Positions 1-10,105 of a DNA stretch of 64,000 nucleotides are shown here, piece after piece; position 1 is the stretch's first letter, and every line of letters starts with the position of its first letter. The stretch spans positions 15,500,001 through 15,564,000 of the forward strand of contig OZ024743.1 in the NCBI GenBank assembly GCA_964016885.1, read 5' to 3'. The translations under genes and the position numbers were made by a program. A model generated the notes under the pieces. The model ran no database searches. It was given only the letters and a program-made list of their open reading frames with translations, and was not told the DNA's origin. This stretch comes from Eledone cirrhosa (taxonomy: Eukaryota).

Positions 1-365
1 TCTGGTACAAGAGAGAGATTCTTCAAATCTTCGCGGGGAATTTCTTCCTCAGGGCGCGTAGAGATACATCCTCTTCTACTGGCGCTGATTGTCTGAACTG
101 AGCCAAATCACGCACAGAGAATGTATGTGAGCCCGCGGAATGTAGGTCACTACAACCCGATGCGGTTTGCCCATGTCCACATTGGCACATTCGGATAATC
201 CAGTCTATACATGTCAGACAGTTCAAAACGTCTGAGCAAGTTGTTGGGGCTTTTACAACCTCCTGCCCTCTCTACTAGCCCCACATAATCACATCGTACA
301 TCTAAGATAACGTTCCAGTCGCTCACTAACACTAAAGAGCGGGACGTTCCAAGAAAGGATACGTC
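1..365 (-). mobile_element. Tx1/L1-like LINE fragment (end of APE endonuclease region), degenerate
   Basis: Translation FLGTSRSLVLVSDWNVILD...PMWT matches the 3560-3800 segment of the neighbouring element (FLGTSRSLVLVGDWNEILD). Confidence 0.8.
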
Positions 366-384
366 TGACTGATATTCAAAGAAC

Positions 385-415
<31 letters not shown>

Positions 416-416
416 C

Positions 417-487
417 TTTTCTGAATATGTAGCTGCCATACACTTTTTATCTATCGCACCTTCAATATATACTGTATCTCCTACAAC
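417..487 (-). CDS. Putative host-gene exon (VVGDTVYIEGAIDKKCMAATYSE), product unknown
   Basis: Acceptor tttactgcag| at 488-489. The frame is open and in phase 0 with the 557-625 exon across a 69-nt GT-AG intron. It ends at a weak GT donor (415-416) or runs on to TAG at 401-403. Confidence 0.5.
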
Positions 488-556
488 CTGCAGTAAACAT
501 CACATAATTCATCGCATATGCCAATCCGCTTTAATTGACGAGTCATTTTTATTTAC

Positions 557-625
557 CTGAAAACATTGGCTTATAACGGCTCGGGCAAAACATGAATTCT
601 TTGAACTCTCGACAGTTTGGGTGAC
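557..625 (-). CDS. Putative host-gene exon (VTQTVESSKNSCFARAVISQCFQ), product unknown
   Basis: ccttttctag| acceptor and CAG|gtaaat donor; 69 nt, open frame, phase-compatible with 417-487. Confidence 0.55.
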
Positions 626-979
626 CTAGAAAAGGATATTTGAGACGACCCATATTCCATGAGAATAACTTGAAATGAAAGAAATAATGAGTAGTAGAAA
701 TGTAGAGTGATATGCAGGGAGTAAGCTAGACATACAATACAGGAAATAGAAATAAAAACGGACAGGTAGATAAATAGTATTAATAAAAATGAAAACGTAT
801 GTATTTCTTTACCAATACTGTAGTCAGTATAACCATTGTTAATATTTGTTCTTATGAATAAATCTTTTAAACATATTCCAAGTGTCATTTATTGCTGATT
901 TTCAAAAATCTCATAGATCTCCCTCTATTCTTCCTGACTTTCTTTCCTTTGTAAGCATACGCACATAAAAATTGACATA

Positions 980-1082
980 GATATAATTATATGCATATAC
1001 ACACACACACACACATAGAACTTACAATAATATGTATATGTATATATATATATATATATATGCATATATATATATATATATA

Positions 1083-1142
<60 letters not shown>

Positions 1143-1194
1143 TATATATTTATATATATGTATATATGTGTACACACGCACCCCCCCCCCCCCC

Positions 1195-1225
<31 letters not shown>

Positions 1226-1357
1226 CTTCTCTCTCTCTTTCGTCTGCGACTTCACAAAACTTATGTTTACCGAATTCGTAGACCAGACCCCTTCTTCTTC
1301 TTCTTCTTCTTCTTCTTCTTCTTCTTCTTCTTCTTCTTCTTCTCCCCCCCCCCCCCC
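980..1357. repeat. Compound microsatellite (CA)n/(TA)n/poly-C/(CTT)n
   Basis: Directly visible. Confidence 0.97.
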
Positions 1358-2397
1358 GTTAGACTTGTGCGAAATTCCTTCCTTTCTCACATTTTAACCA
1401 GGTTTGATGGTCTTTTGTCTCTTGTTCACGATTTCACCGAGTTTATATTCATAGAGATCTGGGACTTGTCTATTTCTTCTCACTTTCCGTTGCTTAAACC
1501 ATTTTGTCTGTTACCCTAACGTCCTCTTTATTTACGTGTCCCAACGACTTTTTTTAGCCGTTGTTCGCACCAACCTGAGGCATATGGCCCTTAAAGCGAT
1601 GAAATGCCTGGGACGGTTGGAGGGTCACTGATGAAGGACTCACTTTTTCATATGCACCACCATTTGCAACGCGCAGCCATTATTATAATATATATATATA
1701 TATATGCAAAAGTTTTATTTAAGATTGTTGGGTTACAACGAGTAAATATTTTATAACAACAGTTTCTGGAGTAGATTTACGATATTAAACAAATGGAAAC
1801 TATATTTATAAAACCATATTTATTTCGTTATATATATTTCTGGGATATCATATTAAAAATATGGTATGCCTTCCTCAGACAAAATACAATACATAAGCTG
1901 TTTTATAAATAATTAGTGACATACCTTGTAATAATGCAACTTCCATTTAAAAAGTTGATTTGGTATATATATGCATATATGCGTACACACAATATCTGTC
2001 AATTACATGCAATATATGTGAATTTACGTTAGTGAGTATGTATGATGGAGGGAGATGTTACTTAGAAATGACGCTTCATAAAATAAAGATTAACTTCAAA
2101 AGATAGAATAAATTTAAAATAGATATACAGATTGTTTGATAGATGGTAGTGATAGTGATGTTTGTTGTAGTGAAAGGTAATAATACTAAAAGACAACAAG
2201 AATTTAAAATGACAAAAAAAAAATCTATAGATAGCCACAGGATGTGGATTATTCAATGGATTTCAAAATGATTGGGTTATTTTGTTATTTTTGCTATTAT
2301 GGATGTCGTCTCACGTAAGAATGCTTATTGTAGATTTCTCTTGCAGCAGTAATAAAAATGATTGTGCTGAAGTAAAATACAAAATAACATTGTTTAT

Positions 2398-2588
2398 AAT
2401 TGTTTCTACTTTTGGCACAAGGCCAGCAATTAGCCAGTACATTACTGGTACTTTATTTTATCGACCACGTAAGGATGAAATGAAACGTTAACCTCGGCGG
2501 GATTTTTGAACTCAGATCGTAAAGGGACGTAACTATGCTGGAAAGCATGGCGTCCGACTCTCTACCTATACTGCCAATCCACCGCCAT
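2398..2588 (-). mobile_element. tRNA-derived SINE, family A
   Basis: Reverse complement matches the copies at 34208, 51179 and 62856: Pol III box A/B-like head (tggcagtat...gagttcaa), core tttcatccttac..ggtcgataaaataaagtacc, tail gccttgtgccaaaagtagaaac. Confidence 0.9.
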
Positions 2589-2616
2589 TAACATTGTTAA
2601 TAATTGTTTCTACTTT

Positions 2617-4250
2617 CTAGTTATGGGCCGGAAATTATCTATGTTATCCCCCTTGTTTGGATACTTTCTCAGCAGTGCCACCGCTCCTCGGCTCACAGAG
2701 CTGGGAATTCTCCCGTTCTGTTGCCAGTTGCAGTAGACGTCCGCCAAGAGGCCTCCGAACAAGTCTGGCATCTGTACGTAAAGTTCTAAGGGCAGACCAT
2801 CCAAACCAACCGATTTACCCCTTGTGCAGCCAATCATTGCCTCCCGTACTTCGGCGGCTGTTATCGGATTTTCGCAACACTCCGCCTCAGTGGCCGAGAG
2901 CCGCGGCAGTCCGTCGAGGTAGACACTAAATTCAATCCCTCGACCCGGCTCGCCGCTGCCCCCGAACAACTGAGCGAAGTGTCGCTGAAAAGCTTCACAT
3001 ATTTGTCCGGGATCGAATAGCATGCGCCCGGCGTGGTCCACCAAAGACCGTATCGTGGCTTTGTTGCCACGACGCGCCTCCGCCACTCGGGCCCATTGAA
3101 CGGCTTTCGTACCCTCGTGTCTGAGAGCACGCACCCTAGCTCTGACAACGCATCATTCGTGCTTTGCATTGAAGAATTGGTCAAGGGCCAATTTCGCCAC
3201 AAGTACGTCGGTCGCGATTCCTTTGCTAAGCGCCTCATCTAATTATCTAACTAATTCTCCCTCTGCTCTATTTTTCTCTATAGCTAAAGCCTTACTAAAC
3301 CTAATTGTCTCTATTCTAATCGCTCCTTTCAGAGCAAACCACCACTTGTTGTTTACTATGGCCCCCGTCAACGTGCGCTTAACTAGTTCGCTAATCCGGT
3401 CTCTGTAGTTCTTTTGCGCTGGTAAGGACGCATTCAGCTTCAAGTAGCCGGGTCATCGTTTATGAAGCCTATCTAAGTCAAGCACACAGATCACGAATTT
3501 GTGGTCCGTGTAGCTGACTATCTTGAATTGTGGACAGCCTATGCTAGACCTATCTATTTCCCTACAAAATACTCTATCTAGATATGATCTGGATGACCCT
3601 ATGCGATCTGTCGAAGTCCACATTGGCAGATAGGGAAATCCAATCGGTACCTGTCAGACAGTTCAAAACGCCTGAGCAGGTTGTTGAGGCTCTTGCACCC
3701 TCCTCCCCTATCCGCTAATCCCACTTAGTCCCAGCGTGCATCTAAAATCTCGTTCCAGTCGCCCACTAACACTAAAGAGCGGGACGTTCCAAGAAAGGTC
3801 TCCAGACGCCGGAAGAAATCATGCCACCCTGCTCCTGTTGGGTCATAGACGGCCACTAGCCGGAAAGCTTGCCCGTCTCCGCTGGTCACTTCCAGCACCA
3901 ACAACTTACCTTCTGGGTCCAGGAAGATGGCCCGTATGGCGAGATCCAAACCTTTCCGAAAAGGCACAGCAACTCCTCCCACCGATCCAGGACCGCTGGT
4001 AGTTGCGTACACATCGTAGCCGCCGAAGATCGGTGTGAAGGCCCGTGCCTCGGAGGTTCTGCTCTCGCTGATGGCCACCACATCTATGTTTAGCGACCTG
4101 AGATCGTTCAGAAGGTGCCCTTGCTTCCAAGACGACCCCAGGCCACGTACATTTATGCCACCTATTCTGAGAGTACCCATGTTGGCTAGGATAGGAGGAA
4201 AACAAGTGAGAGGTGAGAGGTACAAAAAAGATTACCTGTGGCTCTTCTTT
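2617..4250 (-). mobile_element. Tx1/L1-like LINE ORF2 5' half (APE endonuclease and start of RT), disrupted
   Basis: MGTLRIGGINVRGL, SE, LVAVY and GDWN endonuclease motifs, then KSVGLDGLPLELY and NFRPIT (RT domain 0-1); broken by stops and frameshifts. Confidence 0.9.
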
Positions 4251-4254
4251 AGGA

Positions 4255-4495
4255 AATAATAAAAATGGTTTCTTTGTTAACCACAAGCGTTTACACAAAG
4301 TAGGCATTAAAGACAGTACAGGACAATACAGGACGGTACAAATAGGTATTTCTGCGTGTACAAAAAACAAAAAACAGAGGATGTAATAAAAAAAGAACAA
4401 TGAAAAATTCCCCATCGTGGAGAAAGCCCATTAAAAAAAGCCAAAGTGACCCTGACCACCAGGGCAAGTGCCCTCTCCCAGTTCTCCACCTTCAA
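4255..4495 (-). mobile_element. 3' UTR/tail fragment of a Tx1-like LINE
   Basis: T-rich UTR sharing tgtaccgtcc and aaagaaa motifs with 4560-4620, ending in an ATT-type tail. Confidence 0.5.
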
Positions 4496-4512
4496 TTTAC
4501 AGGCATATACTC

Positions 4513-5620
4513 ATAATAATAATAATAATAATAATAACGATGATGATGAAGGTGATGATGCTTTCTTTATTAGATACACAAGGACCACATTATGAAAACA
4601 ATAAGGACGGTACAGGACGAAACAGTGAAGGTTTTTCGTGTAAAATATAATTTATAACAGAGACTAAAGAATACACATTTAAAAAAACAATACGTAGCGA
4701 ATTCTGCAAAAATGGCGTGACACCAAGGGCCAAACTCTAAGAAAACCCACAAAAAGCACCGTCACTCCGTCCATTTAGCCATGGACCCAGTCCAAGTTGT
4801 TCTCCTCCAAACTACAGGTGTATTCTCAAGGCAATCCCCTGGAAAAAATGGCCATTTGATTTGTGTCAATGCCCAGAATCTCTTCAAATATATCGTCGTT
4901 TCTTTCCACCACTACCCCACTATAAAACACCAATTGTACTGCCCAATTGGCGGAATGTTTGAAAATATTCCATTCTCAATGCACTCTTTCTCCGTCTTCA
5001 CTTGACCGAGGACTGTAGCTCCCTTAAGGAGACAAACTGGGAAGAGGTGTCTAGCGAACGGCGACCACACCTGTTCACCATCAAGGAAAAGTTGGTGATG
5101 TCATAACCTCAGCTTATGTTTGCATATCATCAGCCCTAGCATGGGGGTTGATAGCAATTGGACCGCCTGACCAATGGAATCTGAAAAAGCAGACACATCT
5201 GCTTCGGATCAAGCACCATGCGCTCGTCGTTGTCCACAAAAATTAAAAAATACAATTGTAGCTTTGTTGCCATGCCTCATCTACGATACTCGATCCCACT
5301 GAACGGCTACGTTCACTTGTGTCTAACCATTAAAGAATTGGTCCAGAGCCAATCTTGCTGCTAGATCGTTGGCTGTTTTCTAACTAGACCTCCTTCTGCT
5401 CTAGATTTTTCTATCATTACTGCCTTACCAAACCTTATCGATTGTGCTCTAATAGCCCTTTTCAAAGAAAACCAACATTTGATTTTGACGGTTGTTCCCA
5501 TCAACGATCGCTTAACTAATTCACTAATCCAGTTTTGTAAAGTTTGCGCTGCAAGAATGATGCGTCCAGCTTCCAATAAATTGATCCTGTCTATGAAGCC
5601 TATCTCGATTGACTCCACAG
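4513..5620 (-). mobile_element. Internally deleted Tx1-like LINE with 3' UTR and (CAT)n(TAT)n tail
   Basis: 5361-5618 (ISELVKRSL..WFSLKRAIR..AEGGLVRK) is paralogous to 3243-3443; AATAAA followed by a simple-repeat tail near 4513-4570. Confidence 0.7.
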
Positions 5621-5639
5621 ATAACTGCAGATGTAAGTA

Positions 5640-6085
5640 AGATATTTTTTAGTGATATCTAGAGTGTAGGAAAAGAGTACAATAGAAGTGTGGAGTGGCT
5701 TACTAACATCAAATATGACATGGTGGATAATCAATGGGGAACATCGGAGATAACAACTGACATGGTCACTATCCTCCAGTGTAGGATACTAAATTAGAAA
5801 AGTTCTAGTTGAAAAGGCTGAGGGCCTTTCATGGGAGAATTGCTTAGCAAATGAATAAGATCTTGAATGGAGAAGAGATTTTGTCAAAATGGCAAATCTT
5901 TGGGAAAACGATATTGTGTTTAAAGGACCCCAGTAAAATAAGTGCAGTTGATGAATTTAGACCTATCACTTGCCTTCACTTAATATGGAAGCTTATGACA
6001 GGTGTTAGTGCTAAGGCAATGTATGAATACCTGGAGGAGACACTTTGTGCAGAACAGAATGGATGCACGTGAAGAAGCAGGGACA
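5640..6085 (+). mobile_element. R4/Dong-like LINE RT fragment
   Basis: [16 protein letters not shown]...EQNGC resembles the YRPITCL..WKLLT..EQKGC motif of R4-clade RTs. Confidence 0.7.
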
Positions 6086-6118
6086 TATAGACAAAATAAA
6101 TTACTGTAAAGCTATTAC

Positions 6119-6316
6119 GTTTCTTTATTGTTCTGTTTAAAAATCAAACCAGAGTTGATGAAATATCTGATGAAACTAAGATTGATGCACATTCGTGACC
6201 ATGTGTACAACAAAGGATGGATAAAAATTATAAAAACAATGGCACAAAAATAAAAACCACAAGCCGGCAGTGATAGAAGAAACCCAACTATGAAAACAGC
6301 CACTAAATATAAGAAT
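6119..6316 (-). CDS. Putative exon encoding a hydrophobic, transmembrane-like segment
   Basis: ctgtag| acceptor; 198-nt open frame FLYLVAVFIVGFLLSLPACGFYFCAIVFIIFIHPLLYTW...; gtaata donor or TAA stop at the end. Confidence 0.35.
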
Positions 6317-9300
6317 CTACAGAGTAATCAAATTTATTTCAAGTCTCAAAGAACTTGATCAGTATATTTCTTTTGTTAACTAAGTTCAGTGATAGGTAAT
6401 TAGATTTGACAAAATACAATTTGTGTTCTTCTATCTTTTTTGTAAAAACAAAATTAACGATTTATTTCTTCTGTGTTTTCAAAGTATTTATTTAATTTCA
6501 AATTGTGTTTAGCTTAGGCTTTGTATTTTGCTCTGGTATTTCTTTCTTTATCCTAAATATTCTCATTCTCTAGCTAAAGATTCTGTCAGGCCATTCAAAA
6601 ACACGAAGATCACATAAATTAATCAAGTGCGGTTTGACATTTTAGTTTCAAGTGTAGCTCCTCTACTAATTTATATAATGCTATTGACAGTAAATATGAT
6701 ATGCCATGCACTCCTTCATAGTTGATGAAAGCATAAATAAAACATATTGACTAATATTAGTGTTAATCTATTTTAATAAGGGTTGACATTACATTATTCC
6801 CCATCTGTGGAAAGCAGCTGTATGGCTAAATAAAGCATTATGATGATTAACTATATATGTTTTAACAATATACATTGTTTATAATGAACATTGGAAAACT
6901 GCCTCAATATATATATAGAGCGTAACTATATTTATTCAGATACAGTTTACATTTACTTCTAGTTTAACAAATATTCAATTAATCAGATGAACATGCCCAG
7001 TCGGAAATTAAAGAAATCCTCCATATATCTAAGTACATCTTAGCAAATCATTGGCTATCAAAAGCTGAGATTTTTTTTATTAATACATTTTGTGAAAAAA
7101 TATACATAAATAGATGAACAAAAGTAGAATAGTATTGAACGTACAGTAAAAACGTACATCATGTTCATAGAGTGGTTTTCACACTTAAAGTGGTTTTCAC
7201 ACTTAAATCTAAAAATATTTATATACATCCTATTTTTAATACATGTGGTTCCAGAAAAAAAGGAAAAACCCCAGCCCATAATAAAATGTCATACTACTAC
7301 ATATTAAAATGCATATAATACATGCAATAGTCATTTTAAAATATGTGCAACAGAAAAACACAAGATGTTTACTTACATCATGTACAAGAGAGAAATAGCT
7401 CACCATACCTCTATGCAAAATATATAACCTCAAGCCTTTAAGCCTTTAAGTTCTTTTCTACAAGAAACAGGATGCATCTAAATTCTACAGCAACTACATA
7501 CATTAGCAACCTGCAGGACACATAAAATCAATCAGATATTTAAGTAACATTTTAACACATACTAACAAATCATATATTGTCACTCTACCATTTCAAAATA
7601 CATATACTTCAATGCACTATTTGGAACTTGGAACCCATTAGAAATGTTGCTATCAAGTCAAACAAAATTGTTTCACTTGAAGGAAAATGTTCTTTTCAGT
7701 TGGATACTATCACCTCTAAAAATTCATGTAGTATGTGTTAGTCAATATTATATTGCCATCTTGAATAAATGCTTGTTTTCCATTACAGCCCAGCATGTTT
7801 GTTTGATAGAATATTCATGTGCCTTGAATTAATGACGAACAACATTAACCAAATAAACATTTTAACTGTCTATATATGTATATATATATATGTGTGTGTG
7901 TGTATTTATCTGTGTCATTTATTTGTTTCGAGTATATTCTTTCACCTGAATGAAATTCATTGTGATGTTCGCAGGTAATTTTGACGTGTCGTGCCATGCC
8001 ATGCAATTTCATAGAAGCGTGATGAAGGCACGAATCAACTATCTGCTGTTTGACATTATTGTTTAGGCTGAATGAACACCCATCTATTCAGTAAAGATTG
8101 GTGTATAGCTGTATTAGACTGTGAGGTTGAAATACTAAAAAATCAATAGGTTAAGAAAGTGCATTTACTGAACAAATGTTAGGGAATTTCACATATATAT
8201 TCAAGTAAATCCTTTCCTTGCTAAATTTCATTATGAAGATTCCAAAGCACTCATAGTCATATGTATCATGTGCATTGATGCATATCACCGAGTGCGTTGT
8301 GATGTTTATAGGAATATGTTATGGCGATATTATTCATGTGCATGAATTATTTTGCCTGATCAAAAGCACAAATCAGATTTTATCCTGGAATGTGTTTTCT
8401 TGGGCATGATTAGTTCAGGGTTTATAAGAAAAGACGAAATTAGAATTTGAACATTTGGTTCTAACATTTTGGAGAATATAATTTTCAACTATGTGGTGCA
8501 TCATATATTTGATTTCTATTCTGAGTTATTGTTAATCTTTCCACACATAATAATTTCATTGGCAATGGTATGAATATTGTGAGCATCCAGTAAGATAATG
8601 TCTTACACTTGCATGAAGCTACACATTTTAGTATTTGATTGTTACTTATTTCATCAAATTTGAAGGAATGATGAAAGACAATGTCATCTACAACAGAAAT
8701 CGAACTCAGAAAACTAAGTTCTCCCTCCTAACATTTCTATACTTTCATGTAAGAAAGAAAATGAAGGAAACTATATGCAAAACTCACTTAACTTTGAGGA
8801 AATATTTCATAAATCTCCCTTAAATCCGTCACAGAAGGGCGGGGTGCACATTGGATAATCTAATCCTAGATAAAATTAAAAGTATCAGGTGGCTTATATT
8901 TTGGATGCTTTTGATAATAGTTATTTTCAATGAAGTTTGAACAGGTGCTATCTCACAACAACAAAAGAAAGAATAATGTGTGTTGGCATAGATATATTGT
9001 TAAAAGGCCTGCACAAATTTATAGTTTTTCTTACACTGCACTGTAGCACATTTGGTAAATTTTTTCCAGCATAGACACAGGTAAACCAAAAACTTATTTT
9101 AAAAATTGATAAACAGTAATTATGTGATGATGAATTGAAGGAGTACTTTGGTGAGTCATAGATTTAATATATCACCCAATGTAACACCTCCACCTTATAT
9201 ATACATGCTTTTTACAGATTCCTCTCTGATGCAAACATTGGTCATTACTGGGGCGGCATACGTATGCTCGACCAAAGATGGTCAATGGTTAAACAAGTTT

Positions 9301-9489
9301 TCATGTCGATTCCACATACTGTGCTATAGCTTATCATCTATATCAATCTAAAATTAACAAAGAATACTGAATATACAGCAGTAACAAGATATAAAAAATA
9401 TGTAAAATTCTCAACATAGATGCAAACAAGAGTGAATGGATAAGTGGATTGCATCACTAACATATAGTTCTGGGATTATCACAAATCAA

Positions 9490-10070
9490 TCTCCTCTTCT
9501 GCACACTGCATTTGATACCTCTTATGCACTGTGCACTTTCTCTCTCAGTTCATTTATGTTTTGCCAGTCATGGATATTACTATTACATATCCATCAAAGC
9601 ATGCAATCTTCTCAAGTCCTCTGCACACAGTGCTAAGGCCTCACTACGAGGCAACATTGCTGGTAGTATACATTCATCATACAATCTGCCCTTCATTTTG
9701 ATGGACAAGAATTTTGTAGCTAGCAGATGTAGTAGCTCTCTGAATTTCTTCCATTCCATTCTCACTCTGACTACTGTACTTTCAGAACACCAACCTGGAC
9801 TGCTACTTTGGTAATCCAGGTAGAAGAATCTGTCTACTGCTTCTACAAACCTTCCAATAATTTGATAGCATTTGTTTCCTGTGTTTCTTTGCTGTAACTG
9901 CTCCCATGCAATGGCCACATGTAAAACCTGCATCCTTAGCTAAACTACCTGAGATCTCACTACATCTCTTCTGTATCCATAGTTTGCAGTTGGGACTGAG
10001 GATGGAATTTCTACACATGCTTTTTCTACACACTGAGCAACACCATTTTCCCGAGGGGATCAGTTCTTTG
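9490..10070 (-). mobile_element. Old degenerate RTE LINE fragment
   Basis: CSESTVVRVRMEWKKFRELL...GRLYDECI is paralogous to 10900-11410. Confidence 0.88.
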
Positions 10071-10105
10071 AAATAATTAGATTGGAAGTTTACTTGTGCC
10101 TGAAT

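Noticed and set aside
925-1519. ORFs with [12 protein letters not shown], poly-E/S/F content (also at about 31100, 34800, 40800, 46600, 47650, 49730, 50400)
   Set aside because: Translations of stop-free microsatellites, not genes.
1590-1660. ggtca-CTGATGA-aggact as a hammerhead
   Set aside because: No downstream stem II closure or GAAA, and the upstream GAAA does not give a convincing type II fold.
7375-7510. Minus-strand exon-like segment resembling a channel transmembrane helix
   Set aside because: Needs a frameshift at a duplicated taaaggct, and the similarity is too vague to name.
9117-9351. Plus-strand intron-like gtgagt...tttttacag (9151-9217) with flanking exons
   Set aside because: The upstream segment has stops in all three frames right after the nearest acceptor; no supporting plus-strand exons found.
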